Shown here in pieces: positions 14,845 to 27,652 of a stretch of DNA of 64,000 nt. Position numbers and translations under genes: made by a program. This DNA is from Eledone cirrhosa. Taxonomy: Eukaryota. The first letter of the stretch is position 1; every line of letters starts with the position of its first letter. The stretch lies in NCBI GenBank assembly GCA_964016885.1, contig OZ024742.1, positions 155,372,001 through 155,436,000 of the forward strand, in the 5' to 3' direction. Under the pieces are notes generated by a model that worked only from the letters and a program-made list of their open reading frames with translations, was not told the origin of the DNA and ran no database searches.

Positions 14845-15250
14845 TACATTGTTTATATATATATATATATATATATTCATGCATCGTTTCATATTATCTT
14901 CCACCATTCTCAATTTACTCATTTGCTATTCAGTTCATCGCGAATCCTGAATATGTTATGCCATAGATAAAGCGTCCCATATATAATAAACCAGTTACCC
15001 GACCGGCTACATACGCAAATATTGGAATAGCAACAGAGGTATCACCGCATAATAATATATATTTATCTGTATTGAGTAAATCTCTGCTTTTGTTTACATA
15101 TTCTGACGTGAATTCACATTCATGCATGCATATATATATATATCATCAGTATAGTTTAAAGTGTAAGCTTTGGATGTCTGATTTCACCCTATTCGGGATC
15201 CTCTTTATGTATATATTTATATATATATATGTATATATATATGTGTGTAT

Positions 15251-15288
<38 letters not shown>

Positions 15289-15319
15289 ATACACACATAT
15301 ATATACATATATATATACG

Positions 15320-15518
15320 TTATTCCGGGTTGAATTGGAGGTAACCACAGTAAGTAAGGTACTCAATACATTGCAGAGTATAACAGTTTTAATATAGATG
15401 AGATTCTACAGGACTAGAACTGTTTCATTCTTTAGACTGTTTCATTCTTTAGCGATCTTTTCCTGATGATTTCTAAATAATGAGACAGTTCTAGTCCTGT
15501 AGAATCTCATCTATATTA

Positions 15519-15520
<2 letters not shown>
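15320..15520. repeat. Asymmetric hairpin of module family D with a partial hammerhead core
   Basis: Inverted arms 15390-15435 / 15473-15519; CTGATGA at 15463; homologous to 17682-17868. Confidence 0.7.
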
Positions 15521-15575
<55 letters not shown>

Positions 15576-15578
15576 TAG

Positions 15579-15618
<40 letters not shown>

Positions 15619-15719
15619 TTATATGTATATATAAATAGTATTTAGTTTTCTCATATATTTCTCACTACCATGTCTGAATATTAACCATCTACTATGTCAG
15701 GGTATGTCATGCATCATCT

Positions 15720-15786
15720 TATTTTATCTGATGAGGAAGTACTGTTAAACTTAACTCAGTACCTCTGAAATATGTATAATAAAATA
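15720..15786 (+). ncRNA. Minimal type-I hammerhead ribozyme
   Basis: tattttat-CTGATGA-ggaagtactg...cagtacctct-GAAA-tatgta-TA-ataaaata: 8-bp stem I, 9/10-bp stem II; in TA-bounded module 15637-15925. Confidence 0.8.
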
Positions 15787-15924
15787 TACTTGATCACAAG
15801 AATTTCTATGTTGTTGATATTTTGAATTAATATTAATAACTCTGGAAAATCCTACTGTTGAGTGCTTCCAAACTTTTATAAAACCCATTCTTTGATGTAT
15901 TCATTGAACCTTGTTTAACTTTTA

Positions 15925-15967
<43 letters not shown>

Positions 15968-15968
<1 letters not shown>

Positions 15969-16133
15969 AGTAAGTGACATAGACACTACTTTAAAACAAT
16001 AGCGTTAGGTCTTCAAAATGCTTTCAATTAAGCATACGATGTATTGCAAAATACACTATATATACATTTATATATATATCGCTATTTCAGAGCACCAATT
16101 CTAATATAGATATATGTATACACACCTATATAT

Positions 16134-16181
<48 letters not shown>

Positions 16182-16665
16182 ATATAGGTGTGTATACATA
16201 TATCTATATTAGAATTGGTGCTCTGAAATAGCGATATATATATAAATGTATATATAGTGTATTTTGCAATACACCGCAGGCTTAATTAAAATCATTTTGA
16301 AGACATTACGCTATTGTTTTAAAGTAGTGTCTATGTCACTTACTTCTTTTATCAACATATAAAGGGAGATACACTGACAGATCTCTGTTTCATACTGTTG
16401 GTATTCCTCAGAGCTTAGCACTCCCCTTCTTTGTTGAAAAATATTAATGTTGGATTCTTATAGAATTACAGTAATAATCAGGAACTGATTATACAGAGCC
16501 GTTTGGCGATCCAGCACCAACAGTATGAAACAGAGATCTGTCAGCTTATCTCCCTTTGCTTGTTGAAAAAAGAAGTAAGTGACATAGCCACTACTTTAAA
16601 ACAATACCGTAAGGTCTTCAAAAATGGTTTCAATTAAGCATACAGTGTATTACAACATACACTAT
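15968..16665. mobile_element. Module family E in +/-/+ triple arrangement (double hairpin)
   Basis: 15968-16130 (+), TA, 16185-16510 (-), 16515-16665 (+); same family as 59198-59782. Confidence 0.8.
16371..16416 (-). ncRNA. Type-I hammerhead ribozyme, family E
   Basis: Minus strand: aagct-CTGAGGA-atac caaca gtat-GAAA-caga ga tctg-TC-agtgt (agctt in other copies); stem II covaries with gtac/gtgc in the 59.4 and 59.6 kb copies. Confidence 0.8.
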
Positions 16666-16674
16666 ATATACATT

Positions 16675-16714
<40 letters not shown>

Positions 16715-17178
16715 ATATATTGAGAAACACACAGATACATGCGGACACACACATATACATGAATCTATCCACATCCATCATTGAGTTAATGGTGCCAACC
16801 TTAACCGATGTTGCTCTATGAATAACTGGGACAAACCAATCCGAATGGATTAGACTGAACCAGTATCAGAGCTAAAAGTACATTATGAAGAGAGAAGAAA
16901 CATTTAGATATAATTAGTAATAAGATGTATCATACCTAAACTGCTTCTAGATTCCTCGACTACGTAGTTTCGTGGCATAATCAAAAACAATACATCATAG
17001 AGATAAAGATCCTTTGTGAGGTCTGCCGACTTATCAAGAGGATACCTCATTTTACTAGCTTCAAGAACACGTCTATAAGATGTGAGATAGAATCCCAAAA
17101 GGCGGAGGGGGTGTCAGTCACGTGATACAACGGTCAAGAAACAGAGCTAAACCCCTTATAACCCTGAAAAAAATACCA

Positions 17179-17248
17179 CGGAGGCGGAGGGGGTATTTAT
17201 ATCGAGGCCGTAGGTTAAGGAGGCGAGATATAAATACCCCCTCCGCCT
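17179..17248. repeat. GC-rich short inverted repeat
   Basis: aggcggagggggtatttatatc ... gatataaataccccctccgcct; a third copy of the motif at 17100. Confidence 0.75.
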
Positions 17249-17250
17249 TA

Positions 17251-17479
17251 TAATTTTGAGATAGACTGTCCGTGTTGTTTGCTCAGATCAGAGCAAACAA
17301 CACCGACACTCTATCTCAAAATTATTTTTGAAAAGCATTTAGAAATGCGCAACCGGTAAAAACTTAAAAACTTAAAACCACAACTGAATACTAACCCATA
17401 CATTTACTAATACTCTTTTATTCCTAATTAAACCATTTTTCAACTGTGAACAATTTGTCAGCACTTTCTATTCCGTTTA

Positions 17480-17482
<3 letters not shown>
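17251..17482. repeat. Asymmetric hairpin of module family C
   Basis: Short arm 17251-17284 inverted to 17291-17324; long arm is the reverse of 54298-54480. Confidence 0.75.
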
Positions 17483-17558
<76 letters not shown>

Positions 17559-17639
17559 GAAATTAAACAAATGGAAACTATATTATGGAAACTATAAAAT
17601 ATTTACCCGTTGTAACCCAACAATTTTAAATAAAACTTT

Positions 17640-17681
<42 letters not shown>

Positions 17682-17868
17682 TTTAATATAGAATAGGCTT
17701 CGACTAAATTTGTTTAATTCTGGAGAAATCATCAAGGTTACCTGATGATTTTTCCCGAATGAATCGGTTCTAGTCTTCTAGAAGCCCTTTCTGTATTAAA
17801 TAGTGATACTCTGCTTGGTATTGAGTACCTTACTTACTGATGTTACCCCCGATTGAACCCAGGATAAA
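17682..17868. repeat. Asymmetric hairpin of module family D
   Basis: Inversion centre at ggttacc (17736-17742), directly before CTGATGA; homologous to 15320-15520. Confidence 0.7.
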
Positions 17869-18148
17869 CTTATATATGGACAGGATAAATTTATATATAA
17901 ACTAATATATAGACACATCCAAATATCTCTTATATATAGAGTCAAACATCACAACGCAACCTGATCTCAGGTTAAAAATCGCCACCGTCGATTGCGAGAA
18001 GGTCCTCCGAAGAAGTTAACCAGGAATCTTTTAAAATCTCCCCACCGAAGTTAATAAGAAAATAACTAGATCTACAAAACCAAACTATAAAATTATAATA
18101 TCATAATACTTAATCAAATTGTTTAGAAGTGAATTCATTATTTTCCTT

Positions 18149-18225
<77 letters not shown>

Positions 18226-18260
18226 TGTGTGTGCGTGTGTGTGTGTGCGCGCGCGCGTGT

Positions 18261-18298
<38 letters not shown>

Positions 18299-19319
18299 AT
18301 ATATACATATTATATTATATATGTGTGGGTATATCACCTCCCTCTTCTCTCAAGTGCATGCAAAATTCATATCCCAGATTGAATGGGAATGATTATTTCA
18401 AAACTTGAATAATCTAAATACATTCTTATCAGCTTTATTTTACAGCAAATATGATCAAAGCTCTCTACATTACAATGATTATTTCCCTCACATTCTGTAT
18501 CTACGAAGATTTCTGTATCACATGTACCCATTTTTCTCATTCTCTCGTTCATCAAAAGAAATCAAGTTTAACTGCTTATAAATTGCAATTAATATGAGAA
18601 TTGGACTAAAGTATTCTCTCAGGAAACAACCCGTATGTTTCAATATAATTCTCATTACTCATAAACGTTGATGATTAATATATAACATTATTTTCAGGGT
18701 TTATTTCGTTGGAGTTTACATTATTACTATTATTTTTTTTTTATCGTCAATAAACTCTAAACAAAAATATCAATATTCTAATATAGTTTAAGCAGAATCA
18801 ATCACTGTAACTTCAGCGGAACAGTTCCGCTGGGAAATACTTTTTCGCATGTCCTTTCGATATACATTGAGAGAGAACATAGTAATTGCTTAATGTCTCA
18901 AGAGAAATACTTTAGTTGTCATACATTTCTCACTCCCGATTAAGGTTATAAATAGAAAAAAAAAGCATCCAGGAATTATATTATGAAAACATCAATGTTG
19001 TGTTTGTCACATAAAATATTTGTGCATACATTTGAAATTAATTTTTGTGAAATTCAAAATGTTTTTTAAAATTCCATGTGAATCTAAATTATGTTTGCCT
19101 CTTTGAACACCAGTCTTTTGATGATTTGTTGTAGATGTAAACATTGTGGCGACACATGGTCGAAATAATATTCTCAAATATTTAGTGGAATATCGTGCAA
19201 CGTGCAATACAATTCTTCTACTAATTATATATATATATGCATCTAGAATATACATACAAACACACGAAAACGCATACACAAACACACACATAGGAACACA
19301 CACACACCATGCGCACACT

Positions 19320-19378
<59 letters not shown>

Positions 19379-19612
19379 ATTCATTTTATTAAGGTTAAGG
19401 AGTGATACTTGTTACTAGGCCACATGAAAAGAGAAATCATCTAAATAAGTGAATGTTCATTCATTGCATATTCAAACCCTATTTTCCTTATATGTATATA
19501 TATATTCGCTATATATACATGTATATATACATATAATCATATATATGTCTCTGTGTGTTTGTGTTTGTGTGTTTGTGTGTTTGTTTGTGTGTGTGTATCT
19601 GTGTGTGTGTGT

Positions 19613-19783
19613 GCACAATACACAAAAGGAAGATGGTGTAGTACAGAAAAAAGAGAGACACAAAGTAAAAACTTAGTCACAGAGGAAGTCACACAATGTG
19701 TGATGAAAAAGCTGTGACAATATATATACAAAAATACGGTTATCGAACCAACCAAACAACCAACTGGAAATGTATAATAAATT
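19613..19783 (+). mobile_element. Diverged 3' UTR/pLTR fragment of Penelope family A
   Basis: Colinear with 33510-33690, including a decayed hammerhead. Confidence 0.7.
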
Positions 19784-20039
19784 GGTGTAGCATCTATAAA
19801 ACCACACTTACTTAGCAGCTATAAACGCGCCTCACACTGCTGTTTTTCACCCTTCTCTCTCACTTCCATAACTCGAACCCAATTTACGGACACTAACTAA
19901 TTAGCGAAGCGATATGCGTCGGATGAGGCCTACCTCTGTGCAACCAGGCACCCCAGGTTTCTGACCACCGGGCCTCACCATCCAACCTCGGCTTGTGGTC
20001 TGATTCGCCAAACAGAACCAAAAGATAATACACAAGACT

Positions 20040-21093
20040 AACATTATTCTCAAAAACATTATCATCACAAACAAACTAAACTTAGAAAATTGAAAATAAA
20101 GTACAGTATAAGATCAACATGTGACATAGACATGCTGATAGAAACAATCAAGCAAAAAGTGTCGGCCAAAGCTGCTCGTATAAGGCGCTTTGAAAAATTA
20201 TCTAGATTCTATAAGGACAATAATATGTTAAAAAAACAACCAAAGAAACTTCTACAGAAAAATTGGCAAGTCAACAATAACTGCTAAATCAATACCACCC
20301 AAGGAGGAAGTGTAAGAATTCTGGAAAAAGATCTGGACCGAAGAAAAAGTTCATAATATACATGCCTCATGGATAGACAGACAACTGAAAGATACAGCTC
20401 ATCTTGAGGAACAACCATGGGAAAATATAACAGTTGAACAGTTGCGTTTGGCTCTTAGAAAACCCAGCAAATGGAAATCCCCATGAAAAGACAAAATACC
20501 AAATTTTTGGATAAATGCCTCCACAGAGTCTCATGAGCTTTTAGCCAAACTTTACATTGAAATAGTTAAGGAGCCAGAAAAGATACCATCATGGCAAGTT
20601 AACAGCATTACATTCCTTCTTCCGAAGAATGATAAGACAAATAATCCCAAAAATTACAGACCGATAACTTCCTTGACCACAATGTATAAAATGTTAACAT
20701 CAGTCCTAACTGAATATACATATGACCACCTGATAACAAATTATCTATTTCCCAATGAGCAGAAAGGGTGTAAACGAGCTTCATACGGCTGTAAAGATCA
20801 GCTTTTGGTTAACAAAATGCTACTGAAAGATTGTCATAATAGACACGAAAATCTATCAATTGCCTGGATAGATTATAAAAAAGCATTCGATAGTTTGCCA
20901 CACAGTTGGATTGAAAAATCGTTAGAGATTTTCAAAATATCTCCCGTTTTCAGGAGGTTCCTGTTATTCAGTATGAAGACATGGAAAACGACATTCCATT
21001 TGAATAGTAAAAAAAAATCATTGTAAGCTGGAGAAGTTAATATTAATTGTGGAATTTTTCAGGGTGACTCTTTATCACCGCTTTTATTCTGCA
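20040..21093 (+). mobile_element. Dong/R4-clade non-LTR retrotransposon RT fragment (pseudogenised)
   Basis: KWKSP.KDKIPNFWI, PKNYRPITSLTTMYK, EQKGCKRASYGCKDQLL, WIDYKKAFDSLPHSWI, GIFQGDSLSPLLFC; contains stops. Confidence 0.85.
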
Positions 21094-21500
21094 AAAAGCG
21101 GACGGAAGTGAAGACGCTCTGTTTTGGTCAGAGCTTGGCGGGGGCAAGTTACGACGGTCAGGTGGTAACATATGACGGACTCGATGTACGCATTCGCCAC
21201 CTCCACACGACCTTTCAGGAAAAGCTTCCTCTCGGCCCATTTTTGAGTGAGAACGACCTCTCTGCTCGTCACTTTGCTCCAGTTTTAATCGATCTGGAAG
21301 TCCGGACCGAACCAAATCCTGACCAATTTAAGCGGTACTTCCGTCCAGCGCCGATTGCCGTTGTCGGCCGGCATGGGCTTGCCTCTCCAGGTGCCGAGCC
21401 GCAAACCCACCAACTTTTTTTTGGTTCATCTTGCTCCTGTCACCGCTTCGTATTCCTTGAGAGTGGACCCGAACATCTGGACGTGTTTCGTTCATGGCAC
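21094..21500 (-). mobile_element. Tx1/L1-like LINE fragment
   Basis: KWAERKLFLKGRVEVANAYIESVICYHL; homologous to 36100-36420. Confidence 0.75.
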
Positions 21501-21809
21501 CACTATGGCTTCAAGAGTAATCACAAAGTTAAGAAAGTGTGACACCAAGGAAGAAACCACCAAATGCATGTGGCCTTATTTTATCACTAGGATAAATACA
21601 AACAGGTCGAGGGCTAACCTAGCCCATTTCGAATAGCTATGAATAGATAGAAATCGATAAAAATCTTCGAAAGGTTTCTGGGACACGGCAAGTTGCACCA
21701 CGAGTTGCTTAATGCATATGCATGCCATATTTGCATTTTCGCGAAGTAACCTAAAAATCCCATCGTCGGTAGGCGTGTATTCCATATAATCCAACATGAT
21801 TCGGTCTGA

Positions 21810-21868
<59 letters not shown>

Positions 21869-21889
21869 TGGGTGTGTGTGTGTGTGTAT

Positions 21890-22868
21890 AGAGGTAGAAC
21901 ACTGGAAGGTAATATCCGTAGTGGTAGAGCACTCAGTCCATGGGAAGAGTTTGGTAGGAGTGGGAAAACAACAGTTAGTTCACCATACCGAGAACAATTG
22001 TTTCACCTTATGCGGAACTTCAGCTCGGACTTGTCATGGTTATACGGGACAGGAAGATGAAACGTTTGAGCAGGCATGCGCAAAATCGTTCATGTCAGCC
22101 AAGTGATAGAAAACCACGGACGAAAGGTGTAAGGGAGATGGCTGCGAAAGACCAAAATAAGATGTTTGAGTTGATTAGAAAGTTAGGTTGTTGTTATTCA
22201 ATCCAGAGCTTCGTAGTTATGCAAGAGGTGTAACCAGCCATATGGACAACGTGATAAGATTTCCTTTCTTGAATTTAGGTAATCGCTATTGCGTAATCTC
22301 TTTAAAATATTTATCCTTTTGTCAAATAACCGTCCACAAGACGGATTACCCCTTGCGTATCGCTTGACTTAGTGATGGCTTTCCAGTAAATGGAGTAGTC
22401 CCATTAGTCGTCCACGTATGTTCCCTCAGTGAATCAGGTATATACAACTCCATACAATAGAAAGCCATCACTAAGTCCAAGTCATACGCAAGGAGTAATC
22501 CGTCTTGTGGACTGTGTAATAATGAAATGATAAATATTCTAAGGAGATTACGTAATATCGATTGCCTAATTTAAAAAAGAATCACGTTTTCCACGTGTCT
22601 GGAAACCCCTCTTGTATAACTACAAAGCTCCGGATTGAGTAAAAACAACATCCTAATTTTCTACTCAACTCGGACATCTTATTCCGGACTTTCGCAGTTA
22701 TCTCCCTTACACCATTCGTTCGTGGTTGTCTATCACTTGGGTGAAGTGAACGTTCTGCGCATGCGTGTTCATCAGGTTGTTCTTCATGTCCCGTATAACC
22801 ATGACTAGTCCGAGCTGAAGATCCGCATAAGGTGAAACAATTGTTCTCGATATGGTGAAGTAACACTT
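21890..22868. mobile_element. Large head-to-head hairpin, module family F
   Basis: ~400-bp diverged inverted arms 21989-22395 / 22462-22859, with a hammerhead near each outer end. Confidence 0.8.
22811..22849 (+). ncRNA. Minimal hammerhead ribozyme, family F (inverted copy ~21998-22028)
   Basis: cgag-CTGAAGA-tcc gcataa ggt-GAAA-caattg-TT-ctcg; palindromic stem III. Confidence 0.7.
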
Positions 22869-23448
22869 GTATATATATATATATTAAAATAACAGATTAT
22901 TTATTATTATTATAACAAATTTATTATTATTATTATTGTAAATTTATTATTATTATTATATATATGTATATATATGAGAGTATTGAAGTTTAAACCCCCA
23001 GTTGATGGATGTGAATCTGAAATATATAGGGACAACTAAATCTCTCCCAAGGTAACTCTCTCTCGTGTTGTTATTTTTATTTTATCCTTTTATACTATTT
23101 ACTTCATTCCTCTACACGTCTTATACACACCATGCATCTCAACATACACCCACTTACATCTCTCTCTCCACCACCGGATCTTGTTACCCGGAGATTTACC
23201 CATTTGCATTGTCGAAGCTTCCAAACGTCTTAAAGATATATATATATATATAAAATCCATCAACTGTCTAACTTAGAAATACCCATAAACCGCCTTACCA
23301 CTGGAAACATAATGTGACATGATGCAGATATTTGCGGCAAATGGTAACCCGGGAGGGACAGAAATATATACATTTGTCAATAAAGTGGAGAGCAAGAGCT
23401 TGTGTATGAGAGAGAATGAGTTGTTATATATATATATATATATATATA

Positions 23449-23557
23449 CAAATAAAGAGTCACCGAGAATCGCATTTCGGCGGGCAGGAAAAGCGAAGCG
23501 AAACGCAAAATTCAGAATTGATACTGGCAAAGTGCTCAATAGTTAACAACCAGAGCT

Positions 23558-23562
<5 letters not shown>
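23449..23562. repeat. TA-adjacent module family G
   Basis: Diverged homology with 29801-29915 and 63878-63990 (...cggcaagtgctcaat...ccagagcta). Confidence 0.55.
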
Positions 23563-23597
<35 letters not shown>

Positions 23598-25037
23598 TAT
23601 ATACATATATATAACTTTCGGAGCCTTTAGTGGTTTTCAAATTCTTAGAGAATGTAAACATTCCAAACGCATCAAATAACTTTAACCACAGTCGATTATA
23701 ATAAATATCTTAGAAAAATCGGGTACCATATATATATATATTGACATACTGAATTCCAAGCATTTACATACACATTACATAATGTTAATATTTATCCTCT
23801 AACATTTTGTCATTCTAATAATCAGATATTCGCATGAACCTAAGGGACACAGTATTTCTATTGTAACATATATATAACAGGTTTCATGTATTTATTCAGC
23901 AAAGAACAATCTAAATAAACAGTTCATATGGTAGAAATAACAACCCAAACAAAATCGATATCTACCCACGTAAAAACTAGATGTCGATTGTATACCTCAG
24001 TTACCTAGAGATAAAAAAATGATAAACGATCACAATATTCGGATAAACACACACAATTTAGGACATTAATTAACACTTTTCTTAGGATACTATATTGCTG
24101 AAAACATTCTATTAATAATTATTTTACATTTTTGATAGTAACTATTGTTTCCTTTATCTAAACTATTGGAATCGCATTAATGAAATCCGTATGATATTTA
24201 AAAAAATGCAGGATTTGACATTTATAACTCTATTTGTGTTGAGCCACGTTATATTTTCTTATTTATGGAGAGGGAGAGGGTTGTATGAGAGAGATCGTGT
24301 TGTCCTATATGTACGTTAAGAGATAAGTATGTAACATGTTATTAACTTTTTTATTATATAAAGGTTACAACGGATAATTTTGTTAAGTATCAGAAAATAT
24401 GCGTCCATTTCAGACAAAATACTTTGGTCCAGCTAGTGGTACGTCAAGTCGTCATACTTCATCTGACCACAGCTTTCTAACGACATGAAATGGCAAATGT
24501 ATTATATGCCCTGGAGAATGTCACTCTCAGGTTACAGTGAATTCCTTTCAATTGATTATAACATTTATTAACATTTCTATTGTCCTCCATTGTGACATAT
24601 ATATTGTCCTTTTACCCCGAATTTGTTATTAATATTTCCAATATTTCGCCGAGTATTTTTCATCCTTTTCTCAGAAATGCATTTACATATTAATATTGGT
24701 ATGTAGTATTTGTTTAAAGTTTAATTTCTATAAAATTTCCCACTAATTGAAATATAGAAAATGTCTCTAAATAGGGTTACTGCTTGCTAAACATGATATT
24801 ACTGAAATTACAACAATATAGCTCGTTTCTTGCTATATTTGTGAGACATGCGCATCTACCTCAGAAATGCACTTATATTAGATAATCAGAAAACATATGC
24901 GTTATGAACAATAATTCGATGTTCAGAAGTGCAATTCCTACATATAAACAGAGTATTATAGAATGGTTCACTCCGACCGTTTATTATGTCTCACAGATCA
25001 CAAATTAGTTGTAGAAGACATGACTATTTCGAAACTG

Positions 25038-25180
25038 TAGGCAGCGATTTAGCAGAGTCATTAGAACATCGGATATAGGGCTTTGCCGTATTCATTTCAG
25101 GTCTCTAAGCTCTGAATTCAAATTCGTTGAGGTCACCATTTCCTTTCATCCATTCGAAGTCGATAAAATAGCATCATTCT
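25038..25180 (+). mobile_element. SINE family 2, decayed
   Basis: ggcagcgatttagcagagtcattaga...ttcaaattcgttgaggtcacc.tttcctttcatcc..gtcgataaaata. Confidence 0.65.
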
Positions 25181-25577
25181 AGTATTGGGTTCATTCTTAC
25201 TCCATATCTCTATTTCATTTATTGTTTCTCTTTTTATATCCTTCATTGGAGGAAATATGTTGTATGTCGATATGGCGCCACTCTGATGCCCCTGGGGCTT
25301 TCGGAGCAAAGAAAAGTAAACATACTTAAATTGGCTGGTAGCAGGGTATAACTGAAACACTACCATATATATACATTTATATAGAGGGAGTCCGTAAAAT
25401 ATGTATAAAAAAATAAATCTTTTGAAAATGCATTAAAATATATTTTCTTTTATATGCATTATTTTAATTATGTAAATATTTTTTGGTGTTTACTTATGAT
25501 TAAATTATGCCTGTAGATCACGGGGAAATGCTGTGCAGTCTAATAAATATTTCCTGCACAGGCAATCAAAGTATTTA

Positions 25578-25608
<31 letters not shown>

Positions 25609-27466
25609 CGTGTAGTGATGAGAATGCTATCCGCTACCAGTGAGTTCCGATAAAGCCATTGCTTAAATTACCACACATTTGGCGACCTAAATTTCAATAT
25701 AGGTTTCCGTGTGTGCGTGCTTGTGTGTGAGTTTGACTTACTCAACAGTAACATGATTCGGCGTTATTAAACCTTGCAGCGGAATAGTATCTCCTCTTAG
25801 GGAGAAGCTTGTAAATGCCGTCCCTTAGCGCTTCATGAAACATTGATCTCAAGCTTGAAGAGTCTCTAGACGCGAGAATGATTTCTGATTTTATTATCGA
25901 TTTACAATTCTAATGCATTGCCTGTAACAAATGTAATAATTTAAACACTTGTCTTCGAGGTGTTTCCTTTTGAACAAAAGACTGTTGGAATTGCTACGTC
26001 GTAATTTATCAATAATTATATGTAAAAAAAATCTTATGTTAATTAAGGATATTTTAATACTCAAATGTTTTAGTCTCAAGCTGCTTTAACTAGATACACA
26101 TATGGCATTTTGGCTAAATCATAAAAAAAATTATTTAGTTTATTATCGATAGAATATATGGTGAATTCTACATATTAAATCTGATATAACAGATGAAATG
26201 TATGTATACACTAAAACATTATTGGTTTCTGCATGATTGATTTTTGAGACATGTAGAGAGATGTGCATACGGTAGGTGATGTGCATACGAGATGTGCATA
26301 CGGTAGGTGATCAGCTGGACCTCGGTGTAATCATCAAGCGAATCCTGTTATTTCCGAGTAGGTAGTCCAAAAACTATACACACACACAAACATAACACAC
26401 ACACACATATATATATATATATATGTAAAGGAATAAGCATGGTTATGTTTATATACGTGCGACGCGATAGATCACTTTAAGGTACGAACAGTATCGACCT
26501 GGCACGACACTGAAATTGATATAAAACTAACACAGCCGACATTCACAAGGAAATGTTTTATGTCTAGATCTCTCCATAATGTAATTTATAGGAATTTAAA
26601 CGATTTGAGACATAATTGATATTTTCACACGATGAAACCATTCGAATATTCTGGTTTAAACAACATGAAATCATTGATTATGGAAGAAATATATTAAAGA
26701 CATGGACGACAATAAAAATATATTTTATGGATCTAAAATTGTATAAATCAAAATAGATCTATAGATTTATGAAACGTGAAAATCGATAGTTCCCATTGGT
26801 ATTTCGATATTTGATGTAGAAAATCCATCGAATATACAGTTAGCGGGTTCCATGAGTAAATTAAATTAAAATGGTAATGGAAAATACATTACACTCTTGG
26901 AATATCAGCAGACAAACTACATTTCAACGACAACAAACTGCAATGCACAAACTCTATATAATTAATGACTCCAACAAATTCAATATATCCTTATATTTTA
27001 GTGGTTCATTTCGTTACTCAGATGTTTACCCGAAGGCAATATTCATTACGCTGTTAAAGCAGTCGCATGTATATGCAATTTGATTTGATTGCCATTATCC
27101 ATAACTTTCAATAAATAAACATACATGGCAAATATAAAATTAAGCCTTAAAAGGTTCCTATTAAATCAGTTAATAACTGTCAAAATAGAGTAAATCAATT
27201 TTTGAAAAACATCTTTTCAGATGGAGATTTAAATTAGGATTAAGAACTCAAAATAATAAAGTAAACAAGACTTTTCTACGGAGTATTAATTACTAAAATT
27301 CTGGTTCTAGGGTGGAAAATATTGATATTAATAAGATTTTGATTTAAAACGATTAACATCTATTTGATTAATTTTCAATGATTTTCATCACGAGATTATA
27401 GAGGAATATAGTATTATGATAATATTTTACGATACTTGAAGCTGAAAAACCAATATTATATATATG

Positions 27467-27652
27467 GGCGGTGGATTGGCAGTATCGGTAGAGGGTTTGA
27501 CGCCATGCTTTCCAGCATAGTTACGTCCCTTTATGATCTGAGTTCAAATCCCGCCGAGGTTGACTTTGCCTTTCATCCTTACGGGGTCGATAAAATAAAG
27601 TACCAGTAATGCACCGGGTAATTCTGGCCTTGTGCCTAAAGTAGAAACAATT
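27467..27652 (+). mobile_element. tRNA-derived SINE family 2, near full length
   Basis: A-box-like tggcagtatcgg, B-box gagttcaaatcc, body gactttgcctttcatccttacggggtcgataaaataaagtaccag, tail ggccttgtgcctaaagtagaaac. Confidence 0.85.

Noticed and set aside
26277-26311. Short repeated units resembling an array
   Set aside because: Local slippage duplication of gatgtgcatacg; no repeat-spacer periodicity, and no CRISPR array anywhere in the window
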